From: Octopus sinensis
Lineage: Eukaryota
DNA: 64,000 bases
Reading direction: 5' to 3'
Assembly (NCBI RefSeq): GCF_006345805.1
Contig: NC_043011.1
Coordinates: forward strand, 42,296,464-42,360,463
Part shown: positions 1 to 12,491 of the stretch, one piece after another
How positions within the stretch are numbered: position 1 is the stretch's first letter
Layout of the letters: each line of letters begins with the position of its first letter
Notes under the pieces: model-generated
What the model saw: only the letters and a program-made list of their open reading frames with translations
The model's database searches: none
Told to the model about the DNA's origin: nothing
Program-made: the position numbers and the translations under genes

Positions 1-359
1 TGAACTCATGTGCATGCAAACATATGATGGAAGATGTGATTACAAGTGCACACAGTAAAATGCAAATCAGTGCACACAAACATGCATGCATTTGCTTGGG
101 TATGCTGGTGTGCATGATCTAGCATTTGTATTTGTGCATGTGTATGCACGTGTGTGGGCATGTTTTTTTGTGTGTTTCGTGTATATGCCTATACATACAT
201 GTACATACATGGTTATACGTATTTGTATTTATATGTATGTTATGTAAAAAAGAAACAAACACCTCATGCCCACACACAGAGGTCTATATGCATGCATACA
301 TGATTGTATGATACCTGTATGCGAACAGCTATGCTACATGGCAGTGAAACATGGGTTAT

Positions 360-1190
360 GACAGCTGAGAACATGTGTAGGCTTGAAAGAAATTAAGCCA
401 GTATGCTTCGCTGGATGTGCAATGTCAGTGTGTATACACGACAGAGTGTAAGCATCTTGAAAGAAAAGTTAGGCATAAGAGGCATCAGATGTGGTATGCA
501 AGAGAGACAACTGCGTTGGTATGGTGATGTGATGCGTATGGACAAGGACAGCTGTGTAAAGAGAAGCCGATCCCTAACTGCAGAGGGAACCTGTGGAAGA
601 GGTAGACCCAGGAAGACATGGGATGAGGTGGTGAAGCATGATCTTAGAAATTTTGGACCTCACAGAGGCAATGACTGGTGACCAAGACCTTTAGTGATAT
701 GCTGTGCTTGAAAAGAGCCATCAAGCCAAATGAAATCACAGTTGTGACTGATGCTGGTATCATGTAACTAGCACCCATAACAGTGGCACATAAAGAGCAC
801 TTTTTAAGCATTGGGCCTCATGAAGGCAAAGTGGCTGAATTCCTCCCTAGTGTTGGGCCTCACAGAGGCAAAATGGCTGAGTTCTTTTGGAGTGTTGTGC
901 CTCTCATAGGCAATGACCCAGACCTTTGGCATTATGTCATGCTTGAGAAGAAAACGCATCAAGCCGAGCAGAATCACAGTCATGGCAGATATTGATGTCA
1001 TGCAAATGGCACCCGTGCCAGTTGTACTTAAAGACACTCATTACAATTTCAGAATGGTTGGCATTTGGAAGGGCATCCAGCCATAGAAGCCATGCCAAGT
1101 CAGACTGAAGTCTGGTGCAACCTTCCAGCTTGCCAGCCCTGGTCAAATCGTCCAACCCAAACCAGCATGGACAATGGACGTATGATGATG
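360..1190 (+). mobile_element. RTE-clade LINE 3' fragment with 3' UTR and (TGA)n-type tail
   Basis: LRWMCNVSV...LRWYGDVMRM...GRGRPRKTWDEVVKHDL is the RTE ORF C-terminus. It is followed by the shared 3' UTR (gaagggcatccagc...ccagcatgga...gatgatga). Confidence 0.9.
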
Positions 1191-1441
1191 ATATATACCC
1201 ATTTACGTAGGATACATTGATGGCTGCTTTACTCTGATAAGGCATCTATCGCATATAACAAATACAGACATATATATATATATATATAATAAATAGATGA
1301 GTGTATTTTTACCTTGTTAACAATTAACACGGAAAAAAAAAATAAATAGTTACCAGGGCAGCAAAATCTCACAAGTAAAGGTGTTGTAACTCCTTGTTTA
1401 TAAAGGTAGAAACTTCGTGTTTACGTTGAATATTTTGAATA

Positions 1442-1775
1442 ATATGAATAAAAAATGGAGTTAACGCAGGTGTAATCAAATATTTTTACTTTCGACACAT
1501 GTTTCGAAAATTCCACTGATACTATTCAAAAGAATGAATGGTATAAACAATGCAATCTTCTCCTCAGGAAAGTGAAAAAAACGAAACTCGTCAATAAGAC
1601 TTTTTTTTTTTTTTTTTTGCTAAAATGTCTTATTGACGAGTTTCGTTTTTTTCACTTTCCTGAGAAGATTGCATTGTTTATACCATTTATTCTTTTGAAC
1701 AGTATCAGTGGAATTTTCGAAACATGTGTCGAAAGTAAAAATATTTGATTACACCTGCGTTAACTCCATTTTTTA

Positions 1776-1782
<7 letters not shown>
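1442..1782. repeat. Inverted repeat (about 155-bp arms, about 26-nt spacer); Penelope-type pLTR-like
   Basis: 1442-1600 is the reverse complement of 1627-1782 apart from a few substitutions and one 3-nt indel. Each arm carries a hammerhead motif. Confidence 0.95.
1488..1573 (-). ncRNA. Minimal type I hammerhead ribozyme, intact core, GUC cleavage triplet
   Basis: Minus strand reads ACUUUC-CUGAGGA-GAAGAUU...AAUUUUC-GAAAC-AUGU-GUC-GAAAGU: 6-bp stem I, CUGAnGA and GAAA core, 7-bp+ stem II and short stem III. Confidence 0.8.
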
Positions 1783-1821
<39 letters not shown>

Positions 1822-1822
<1 letters not shown>

Positions 1823-2146
1823 GAGCACTCTGTCAGTTATGACGACAAGGGTCCCAGCTGATAAGATCAACAGAACAACTTGCTTGTGAAATTAACATGC
1901 AAATGGCTGAACACTCCACAGACACATGTACCCTTAAAGTAGTTCTCAGGGATATTCAACATGACGCAGAGTGTGACAAGGCTGGCCCTTTGAAATACGG
2001 GTACCACTCATTTTTGCCAGCTGAGTCGACTGGAGCAACAGGAAATAAAGTGTCTTGCTCAAAGACACAAAGCGTTGCCAGAGATTGAACTCATGACCTT
2101 ACAATTGTAAGCCAAATGCCTTAACCACTAAGCCACATGCCTTCAC
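1822..2146 (-). mobile_element. tRNA-derived SINE, family A (other copies at about 24190-24512 -, 20400-20530 -, 27490-27595 -, 4380-4460 +)
   Basis: Minus strand begins gtgaaggcatgtggcttagtggttaagg with A-box- and B-box-like (gagttcaatc) motifs. It is near-identical to 24190-24512. Confidence 0.85.
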
Positions 2147-2147
2147 A

Positions 2148-2258
<111 letters not shown>

Positions 2259-2543
2259 GCAAAAGGAAAACTTTTTTGTGCCAATATGCTGAAAAATAGA
2301 CTTTAGACTGTCTAACCACAAACAATATTTTTCACTATAAATATGGCATAATCATCATCATCATCGTTTAGCGTCCGCTTTCCATGCTAGCATGGGTTGG
2401 ACGGATAATGAGAAAGAAAATTTTTTTCTTTTGCCCTTATTTATAATTGTTTATAATTTTCACCTTAAAAGGTATTTTAATATGCTGCCCACTGATAAAA
2501 ATTTTTCAAAAAAATTTTATTCTTATATTATAAGTAAATTTGA

Positions 2544-2580
<37 letters not shown>

Positions 2581-2718
2581 ATATACACACACACACATTT
2601 AAATACACTGATATATTCTCATACAAACACATGAATACACACACACACACTTTGAAGGGGTTAATTGCCAATTTAGTAGGAAATAAAAGTTTTAAGGTGC
2701 ATAAAGCTTTGTTCTTAC

Positions 2719-2867
2719 CTTCAGGATTGCCATCAGCTTTTTTGCCTTCTTCTAAATACCAGATTGAGTGATGGTTGTCATGTGAAAGTGTGGTCCAGTT
2801 GCTTGGCTTTGTGTTTGAAACCATCAACCAAATACGGAAATCATCCACAAAAATACAAAAAGCACAC
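2719..2867 (-). CDS. Coding exon 4 of the same gene; gene continues with a phase-1 exon not confidently located
   Basis: Acceptor ttttctctttaccag|G (phase 2, compatible with exon 3 or the repeat exon) and donor GAA G|GTAAGA (phase 1); 149 nt. Encodes CAFCIFVDDFRIWLMVSNTKPSNWTTLSHDNHHSIWYLEEGKKADGNPE. Confidence 0.75.
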
Positions 2868-2899
2868 CTGGTAAAGAGAAATAATAATTACAACCATGA

Positions 2900-3700
2900 T
2901 AATCCCTTTTACTGTTGGCACAAGGCCTGAAATTTTGGTTGAGGGAGCTAGTCGATTATGTTGATCTCAGTACATGACTGGTACTTATTTCATGGATCCT
3001 GAAAGAATGAAAGGCATAGCTGACCTCAGTGGAATTTGAACTCAGAACATAAAGGTGAATGAAATGCTGTGAAGCATTGTGTCCAATGTGCACAAGGCCT
3101 GGAATTTGTGGGGAGGGGGATAGCTGATTACATTGACCCCAGTATTTGACTGGTACTTAATTTATTGACCCCCACCCCCCCAAAAAAGGACAAATGCAAA
3201 GTCGACCTTGGCGGAATTTGAACTCAGGATGTAGTGGCAGATGAAATACCACTGAGCATTTCACCCAGTCTGCTAATGATTCTGTCAGCTCACTGCCATA
3301 ATAATGCTTTCTATATAGGAACAAAGCATGAAATTTTGTGTGGAGGGTCTAGTCAATTACATTGCTCTGAGAACACAACTGGAGCTTATTTTATTGACCC
3401 CAAGAAGATGAAAAGCAAAGCGGACCTCAGCAAAATTTGAACTCAAAACATAAGCACTTTGCCTGCCATGCTAATGGTTCTGCCAGCTCAATGCTTTCAT
3501 AACAACAATGTTAATGGTCCCAAATTTTAGCACAAGGCCAGTAATTTGGGGGTGGGGGCAGACACTAATTGATTACATTGACTCTAGTATACAACTGGTA
3601 CTGATGTTATCAACCTTGAAAGGATGAAAGGCAAAGTCAACCTTTATGGAATTTGAACTTAAGATGTAAAGGTGAACGAAATGCTGCCAAGCATTGGCGG
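2900..3700 (-). mobile_element. Cluster of four degenerate tRNA-derived SINEs, family B, all in the same orientation
   Basis: Four repeats of gaaaggatgaaaggcaaagtcgacct...ggaatttgaactcag...ctgccagct, the reverse complement of the copy at 18220-18450. Confidence 0.85.
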
Positions 3701-4454
3701 TGCCCCAGCATGGCCACAGCTCATAAGCTGAAACTAGAATCAATCAATCAATCAAGCACTTTGTCTGACATGTTAATACTTCTGCCAGCTTGCTGCTTTA
3801 ACAACAACAATAATAATGGTTTCTGAATTGAGCAAAAGGTTTTGAATTTTGAGAGGAGGGGGTATCATTCTGTAAGAGAAACCCAAACACAACAAGCTTT
3901 ATTCCATTGACCCCTGAATTGACCTCAGTGAATTTGTAGAACGAAAATGTTTTTTTCTGTTTACTTGCTGGTTCTGGAAGAACGGGCAGAGCCCTTGGCT
4001 TTTTGCAGGCCCTTCCTGGTTGGTGAGATGTCAATGCTATTAATGTTGCTCTCATCAAGACATGAATAGAGGCAGTTCCAGAAATGGACATCCTGCGGAA
4101 CCAAGTGCAAGGATAAGTGAGGGACATGGTGCAGTTGGGATTAGATACAAAATGGGTGATGTGAGGAAGAAGTGAGTGGGGCAAAAAGTCATCAAAATTG
4201 CTTTAATGTTCACTTTTCTATGCTTGAATGGTTTGGATAGAATTCGTTGAGACAAATATTCTGTGGCCTGACATATTTTTCATGGAAAAGTGGAAACAAA
4301 CAACACCATTTGAATGACTTCATTTACAACTATCACAAGATGTCAAAACAAGGTGATACACATACACATGAGTGTGTGTGGAGGCACATGGCTTAGTGGT
4401 TAGGGCCTTTGATTCATGACTGTAAGATGGTGGTTCCTTGAGCAAAACACTTCA

Positions 4455-4640
4455 CTTCCGGGTTGCGGATCCGTGGAATAGGCTGCCGGACGAGATAGTG
4501 AAGATGCCAAAGACTGCTCGGTTCAAAGTCTCCCTTGACCAGAAATGGCCTGAACTCTTTGCATGAACACCACCCTGTACATAACTCCATGTCCCCCTAC
4601 ATGGCCTTGCTTTTTTGCTTTTTGAGCCAAAAAATTAACT
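4455..4640 (+). mobile_element. CR1-like LINE extreme 3' end
   Basis: Reverse complement of 47575-47765 (same family), which there adjoins a CR1 RT C-terminus. Confidence 0.8.
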
Positions 4641-5024
4641 TAACTTCACATTGCTCCAGTCCACTCAGCTGGTGAAAAGGAGTAACTCTGCGATAGACCA
4701 GTGTCCCTTCTGGGGGCGGGTATATGCCAGAGAAACTGGGAAAGTGGTCCTGTACTCCTTACAAAGTAATGTAGACCGACCAACCATCATCATCATTTAC
4801 TGTCCACTTCGCATGCTGGCATGTGTTGGACGGTTTGACAGCAGTTGGCCAGCCAGGGAGCTGTCCGGACTCCAGTTGCCTGTTTTGGCATCGTTTCTAT
4901 AGTTGGATGCCCTTTCTAACACCAACCACTTCGCAAGGTGTGTGTGTGCTGGGTGCTTTTTACATGCCACTGGCATGGGTGCATTTATGCAGCATTGGCA
5001 TGAGTGCAGTTTATGTGGCACCAG

Positions 5025-5082
<58 letters not shown>

Positions 5083-5996
5083 ATGGGCTTATTTCAGTTC
5101 TTGTCATCCAAATCCACTTTAGTCAGCCCAGGGCTATAGTAGAAGACACTTGCCTAAGGTGCTGTACAGTGAAACTGAACCTGGGACCATGTGGTTTGGG
5201 AGGACACTGTGAAAACAGAAAAAATACTACAATCCCATTAATATGCATAAAAAGTGCAGTACTCTAGGAAAAGAAAGTCTTACATTAATTATATTGGCCT
5301 TAATTACAATAATTAGCTTAAAACATGATGAGGGCATCTTCAAGCAAAACATCTGACAGAGCCATTTAAAGAGGAAGGGACAATACCATCGAATGACACA
5401 CCAACAATGAAATTCAGGAATTATAATAATAATGATAATCCTTTCTACTGTAGGCACAAGGCCTGAATATTTGGGGAAGGGGTCAATTACTTTGACCCCG
5501 GTGCATAACAGGTACTTATTTCATCAACCTCAAAAGGAAGAAAGGCAAAGTTGACCCCCGACGGAATTTGAACTCAGAATGCAGCGGCAGACGAAATACT
5601 GCTAAGCATTTCATCCAGTGTGCTAACAGTTCTGCCAGCTCACCATCTTAATAATAATAATATTTCCTAATTTTTGGCACAGGGTCATTAATTTTAAGAA
5701 ATGAGGGAAGTTGATCGAATTGACTCCAGTGTATGACTGGTATTTATTTTATTGACCCTCCAAAAGGATGAAAGGTAAAGGTGACCTTGGTGTGATTTCA
5801 GCTCAGAACTTAAAGAGTTGCCGATTACTGGGACTGAACCCCAAACTAAGAAATAAACTTGTTGGCTGCACTATCATGACCACATTAGGATATTAGACGA
5901 AATATGTTGGAGACAAGTTATTGTTAAAACATAAATATTTGTAAAAAGGGTTTATATAAAGGAGAATCATGGAGTCTGCAAAAGATGAGAATGGAT

Positions 5997-6420
5997 CATC
6001 ATCATCATCATCATCATCATCGTTTAACATCTGTTTTCCGTGCTAGCACTGGTTGGACGGTTCGATCAGGGTCTGGGAAGCCAGGAGGCTGCAGCAGGCT
6101 CCAGTCTGATTTGGCAGTGTTCCTACAGCTGGATGCCCTTCCTAATGCCAACCACTCCGTGAGTGTAGTGGGTGCTTTTTACGTGCCACCAGCACAGGTG
6201 TCAGGGGAGTCTGGCAGCGGCCATGATTGGCTGGTGCTTTTTACGTGCCACCGGCACAGAAGCCAGTCAAGGCAGCGCTGGCATCGGCCACGTTCGGATG
6301 GTGCTTTTTACGTGCCACCGGCACAGGTATCACAACTACTATTTCCATTGATATTTATTTCGATGTTCATGTACTTGACTCAATAGGTCTCCTCAAGCAC
6401 AGCAGGTTGTTCTGAAATCC
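5997..6420 (-). mobile_element. RTE-derived 3'-tail element (short truncated RTE or RTE-mobilised SINE); similar copies at about 4790-5030 -, 7750-8140 +, 11064-11310 -, 20590-20808 +, 26520-26715 +, 35348-35780 -, 36490-36745 +, 45265-45655 +, 46224-46600 -
   Basis: Shared terminus (CAT)n-cgtttaacgtccgctttccatgctagcatgggttggacgg is the same tail found on the RT-containing RTE copies at 32880-32905 and 40372-40410. Confidence 0.9.
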
Positions 6421-8138
6421 AAGGACGTACATTGATAAAGACTTCTAACTGAACATTGAAGGCACAAACGGTATTCTAGCAGGAATGGCAAAACAGAAAT
6501 GGTGCCAAAATAGAAAAAAATTGCACATCAACGTGGAATGTAATTTGTATAATTAAAAGAGAAAATAATAGTAGAAAATTGAAGGAATAATCAATATATT
6601 AGGGTTGTAGAAGACTAAATAATAAAGCTGACCCAGACATCAACATAGTATGGCTTTGTTTAATCTTTTGTTTCAGTCATTGGACTGTGGCCATGCTGGG
6701 GCAATGCCTCAAAAGAATTTAGTCAAATGAACTGACCCCAGAACCTTTTTTCACTTTAAAACCTGGTACTTATTCTAGTGGCCCCTAAAAGGGTTTTAAT
6801 CAAATTGACCCCGGTGCTTATTTTTTTAACGTCTGGTATTTATTCTATTGGTATCTTTTGTCGAACTGCTAAGTTATGGGGATGTAAACAAACCAATACC
6901 TATTTCTTTACTACCCACAAGGGGCTAAACACAGAGGGGACAAACGGATTAAGTCGATTACATCGACCCCAGTGCGTAACTGGTACTTATTTAATCGACC
7001 CCAAAAGGATGAAAGGCAAAGTCGACCTCGGCGGAATTTGAACTCAGAACATGGCGGCAGACCAATACCAGTTGTCAACTGGTGGGGCAGGGAGGTGGGG
7101 ACAAACACAGACTGAAACACACACACACATACAATGGGCTTCCACACAGTTTCTCTCAACCAAATTCACTCGCCAGGCACTGGCCAGCATGCGGCTTTAA
7201 TTGAAGACGTTTGCCCAAGGTGTTGGGTCAAGGGTTTGCACTCAATACCCACATGGTTGCAAAGCAAACTTCTCAACCACACAATCATGATTTCACCTCT
7301 GAACCAAAATCAACATTGACAAAACTGGAACCCAGAATGTAAGCACGCTGGATTTTGGCCAACACAGGCACCTTTCTGATAATCCACCACTCATTGAACA
7401 TGCATCAGTGATTTCACTGATAAGAGTGTCTCTACGTTTAGCTTAGAAATGCAGGTTCCTAGTTCAGTTGCAGTCTGGTATTGTGTATATGTGTTGGTAA
7501 CAAAAAGCTCCCTCATAATGTCCAGAACAGGTTCATTACTGAGGACGATTATAATTCTAAAAATCATTTGTTGCCTCTTCGAATGTCCTAGGTGCAAGTG
7601 TGGCTGGGTGGTAAGAAGTTTGCTTCCCAACCACATGGTTCTGGGTTCAGTCCCACTGCATAGCACCTTGTGAATGGATTTGTTAAACAGAAACTGAAAG
7701 AAGCCCATCATGTGTGTGTGTGTGTGTGTGCATATATATATATATATACCCCTTTGCTTGCGAAGACATGTTGGGGCAAGCGAAATCAAATTGAAATGAA
7801 CCAGCCAGGATCCCTGGTCTGGTGGTACGTAAAAAGCACTATCCGACTCGTGGCCGATGCCAGTGCCACCTCGACTGGCTTCCGTGCCGGTGGCACGTAA
7901 AATACACCAATCCGACTGTGACCGTTGCCAGCCTCGCCTGGCACCTGTGCAGGTGGCACGTAAAAAGCACCCACTACACTCACGGAGTGGTTGGCGTTAG
8001 GAAGGGCATCCAGCTGTAGAAACATTGCCAGATAAGACTGGAGCCTGGTGCAGCCTTCTGGCTTCCCAGATCCCCGGTCGAACCGTCCAACCCATGCTAG
8101 CATGGAGAACGGACGTTAAACGATGATGATGATGATGA

Positions 8139-8182
<44 letters not shown>

Positions 8183-8598
8183 CTATGAGTGTGTGTGTCT
8201 GTGTTTGTCCCCCACCACTGCTTGATAACCAGTGTTGGTATGTTTATGTCCCTGTAACTAAGCAGTCTGGTAAAAGATCCAATAAAATAAGAACCAGGCT
8301 TTAAAGAAAAGAAAATCCTGGGGTCAATTCCTTCAACTAAAAGGACTTCAAGGCAGTGCTGCCCCAGCATGGCCACAGTCAAATAACTGAAACAGATAAA
8401 AGATTACGTATGTAAAAGACAACGAGGCTAAACAAAACAGCAATTTAATTAACAACACTATTGTATAAAGATTTGATGGTTAAGGCCAAATTTAGAATTT
8501 GAGCCAGTTTCGTGCTGTCAGTGAATCTCTCAATATATTGATCACATAGATCTATAGACCTAGGGCTAAAATATAACAACAAAAACATTGATCATTAC

Positions 8599-10108
8599 CT
8601 TGGGTTGTTTTTATGTAAACTTAGGGGTTTCACTTCAGAATTGATGTCGCTGCTGCTGTTACTGTTGTTTTCTTGCTTACTGTTATTGCCATGGTTACTG
8701 TTGAGGCTTTCATCACTGATGTTGCCTTCACTAGTATTGTTGCACTGATTCTGGCCTTTTCCTTGGCTCTTGCACTTATCTTTACCATCATCACTGTCCT
8801 TCTTTTCATCCTTACAATCACCTTTATCCTTCCCATCACCCTTACATTTTTCTTTATCCTTATCATCTTTACCCTTACAGTCGCCCTTACTCTTCCCTTC
8901 ACCCTTACATTTGTCTTTGTCCTTATCATCTTTATCCTTACAGTCGCCCTTACCCTTCCCTTCACCCTTACATTTGTCTTTGTCCTTATCATCTTTATCC
9001 TTACAGTCGCCCTTACCCTTCCCTTCACCCTTACACTTGTCTTTGTCCTTATCATCTTTATCCTTACAATCGCCCTTACCCTTCCCATCACCCTTACATT
9101 TGTCTTTGTCCTTATCATCTTTATCCTTACAATCGCCCTTCCCCTTCCCGTCACCCTTACATTTCTCTTTGTCCTTATCATCTTTATCCTTACAATCGCC
9201 CTTCCCCTTCCCTTCACCCTTACACTTGTCTTTGTCCTTATCATCTTTATCCTTACAATCGCCCTTCCCCTTCCCTTCACCCTTACACTTGTCTTTGTCC
9301 TTATCATCTTATCCTTACAATCGCCCTTACCCTTCCTTCACCCTTACACTTGTCTTTGTCCTTATCATCTTTACCCTTACAGTCGCCCTTACCCTTCCCT
9401 TCACCCTTACACTTGTCTTTGTCCTTATCATCTTTATCCTTACAATCGCCCTTCCCCTTCCCTTCACCCTTACACTTGTCTTTGTCCTTATCATCTTTAT
9501 CCTTACAATCGCCCTTCCCCTTCCCTTCACCCTTACACTTGTCTTTGTCCTTATCATCTTTATCCTTACAATCGCCCTTCCCCTTCCCTTCACCCTTACA
9601 CTTGTCTTTGTCCTTATCATCTTTATCCTTACAATCGCCCTTACCCTTCCGATCACCCTTACATTTGTCTTTGTCCTTATCATCTTTATCCTTACAATCG
9701 CCCTTCCCCTTCCCTTCACCCTTACACTTGTCTTTGTCCTTATCATCTTTATCCTTACAATCGCCCTTACCCTTCCCATCACCCTTACATTTTTCTTTAT
9801 CCTTATCATCATCATGCACCTTCTTAGCCTCAACTTTACCATTCTCCATGACTTTATTCGTATCATATCTATTCTGGTGCTTGTTGCACAACTTCCTCCA
9901 TATGGAAAACCGGAAACTATGTTTATCTCCATTAATGCCAGCCCCTGTAATGTTCTTACACAGGGTACTGGAGTTGCCTTGATAATTGTTGTCACCTTGG
10001 TTAGTGCTGTTACCTTGGTTACTGTTGTCAATGTTGTTAGTACTGTTACCTTGGTTACCATGGTCAACTTGGTTAGTGTTGTTATGTGAATTAACATCAC
10101 TTGTTATG
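8599..10108 (-). CDS. Candidate large symmetric (phase 2-2) exon encoding 16 x 21-aa KDKDDKDKDKCKGEGKGKGDC repeats flanked by Asn/Ser-rich segments
   Basis: Acceptor ttccttgttttcatattgcag|C at 10108 and donor CCA AG|GTAATG at 8599. Length is 1510 nt, or 1512 (divisible by 3) if two 1-nt homopolymer deletions at about 9310 and 9336 are repaired; the K/D frame is otherwise stop-free. Confidence 0.6.
8815..9825. repeat. 63-bp coding minisatellite, 16 units
   Basis: Unit atcatctttatccttacaatcgcccttacccttcccttcacccttacacttgtctttgtcctt, directly visible; unit count taken from the translations. Confidence 0.97.
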
Positions 10109-12334
10109 CTGCAATATGAAAACAAGGAACATTTTGAGTGAGGGGTGGTTGGTGGAGAGAAAACTGGGGTTTAAAAGGAAGATTTAAAAGTGTGTCACTA
10201 GGACAGATGGCTGGAAGTATTGGTGGATCAACTGTTGTACTGAAGCTGGGTCAGACAGGGACAGCGATGGGATTGTAGTGGGATGGTAGCAAGACTGTGG
10301 GGGGTTGTGATGGCACTATTGACTTCAGACATCTCCCTTGGGGGAGGGGCAAAACATCAGCAATGATTTTGAGGAAAAACTCAAGTGAATTTTGCAATGG
10401 TATTGAAGCAGCAAGAATGAATAACAGATTATCAATATTATCCCCAGATTACCAATGGCATTATCATCAAATCATCTGGAGAATATCATTGTTAACACTT
10501 TAGGTGATTAAGGTCATGTCGAATATAGTGTTTTGCCTACAGTTGTCTTGGACACTCATCCTGTGTCTTAGCAAATCAATACATTAGTCATCCACTCATA
10601 TCATCTGCCCTCCTCCCACCAAGTTTCTATACTGGTAATGGGTTGGGCAGTTCTTTATAATCCAAGACATTTGGTGCCCTCTCAGGTGAACTGAAGGTCC
10701 ATGCTGCATCTGATCATCTTTACAAAGTTTTGGCAGTTTCAGGGGTGAAAGGCTCTTCTGTAACATCAACCACATTACAGAGCAAAACTGGGTGGGGGCA
10801 GTTTCTTTAGACACCAGCACTGGAGAGGTTGCCCTACTTTCAGCAATACTAAAGAATCCTCTGCTCAATTCGCCAACCATTTAACAGAGTGCACTAGGTG
10901 CATTTCATCATGCCGTCAGCACGCACTGCTGAAGTCACCAAGTAACTCACAGAGTGAATAAAAGAGACATGGTGATATTATACACACACACACATTTATA
11001 CATACACACACACACACACAGACATATATATATATATATATTATATATATATATAAATGTCATCATCATCATTTAATGTCCGTGTTAGCATGGATTGGAT
11101 GGTTTAACCAGGGCTGGCAGGCTGGAGGGCTGCACCAAACTCCAGTCTAATTTGGCATGGCTTCTATGGCTTGATGCCCTTCCTAACACCAACCGCTCCA
11201 AGAGTGTAATAGGTGCTTTTACGTGCCACCAGCACGGGTGCCACTTGCATGACCTCAGTATCTGCCATGACTACAACATCACTCAGCTTGATGGATCTTT
11301 CTTCTCAATACTTGGCTTAAAAGTCATTTTCTAAAACACCCATCACACATGGACAATATTTTACAGTCGGATTCACGAAAAAGCTAACTGGAATCTTGTC
11401 AAAATACACAAAAAAGTTGAAGGTTTTACTTCATATGATTGGAAGAGATGATTCAGTTGGACAGCATATATACATATGCACACACACACACACACAACTA
11501 TTAATCTAGTTAACAGCTGCTTATGTAACTAACTATTGGGCTGTTAACTTTTTCCCCCCTGTTAAAGGTTTTCCCCCCAAAATTGAAATGCTCATAGTTA
11601 TAGCTCTATATACATCAAGCATATATATATATATAATACAAATAAGAAAATGGAGAAACAAATTTAGTTTGTTCATAAACTTACGGATATTATAATGTTG
11701 GATTATTTATTCATTTTGCAAATGAGAACATCAAAAGCATACAAAAAATATTATATAAATAAATAGATAATAATACAAATACAGATTTTAAAAGTCATAG
11801 TATAAATTAATGAAATCCTAAAGATTACTTCTTTCAGCTGTTTCAGCCTATGGTCAAAAGTAAATTTAATTTTCATTGCCTATAGATGTCAACATACTAA
11901 GGTTGTAGGCATTTAAAAAAAAAATACTTATATATTAAAAAAACCATAGGCCTCGTCAGAACTTTAAAAATATTAATATACTGAACATGATACACATATT
12001 ACTTAATATATAAAAAATAAACAATAAACAAATATCCAAATATACATATATATATATACATACAAATACATATATACACACATATACATAAGCAAAGCGT
12101 ATATACTATTCACATGCACAAAACACATTAATGAACACAATTAAACAATATATTCCAGTGGATATACCATATGTCATATACGTATATAAATACATTAGAA
12201 CATATAAACACGTCTATGCTTATCAGTAACAACAATATTATTGTATTAACAGTAATCTTCAACAGATCTTACATACTATAATAATGTCTACTAACAAATC
12301 AAAAATTCACGATACAAGATTCAATATATATATA

Positions 12335-12452
12335 TCACCGTGATCACCGTGACCGACCAGGCTATCAGATTTTGTTACACATCGCTGGTCACAATGCGCT
12401 TTGCATTGTTTTAGCCTTCAAATGATGCCACCCCGCTGGCTAAGCGAGCAGG

Positions 12453-12457
<5 letters not shown>
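12335..12457. mobile_element. Short GC-richer interspersed repeat nested between (TA)n tracts
   Basis: Abrupt composition change (tcaccgtgatcaccgtgaccgaccagg...gcgagcaggccaa) bounded by TA runs; family identity not verified. Confidence 0.5.

Positions 12458-12490
<33 letters not shown>

Positions 12491-12491
<1 letters not shown>

Noticed and set aside
1190-1290. Possible terminal phase-1 exon of the minus-strand gene near 1245-1200
   Set aside because: Candidate acceptors are weak and give either an immediate stop or a peptide running into an RTE tail; not supportable.
8673-10089. Long hydrophobic plus-strand ORFs (LTLVFVLIIFIL..., SLSLSSLSLQSP...) resembling membrane proteins
   Set aside because: They are antisense shadows of the 63-bp K/D repeat and switch frame at the same two indels. 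Splice signals and unique flanking coding sequence favour the minus strand.
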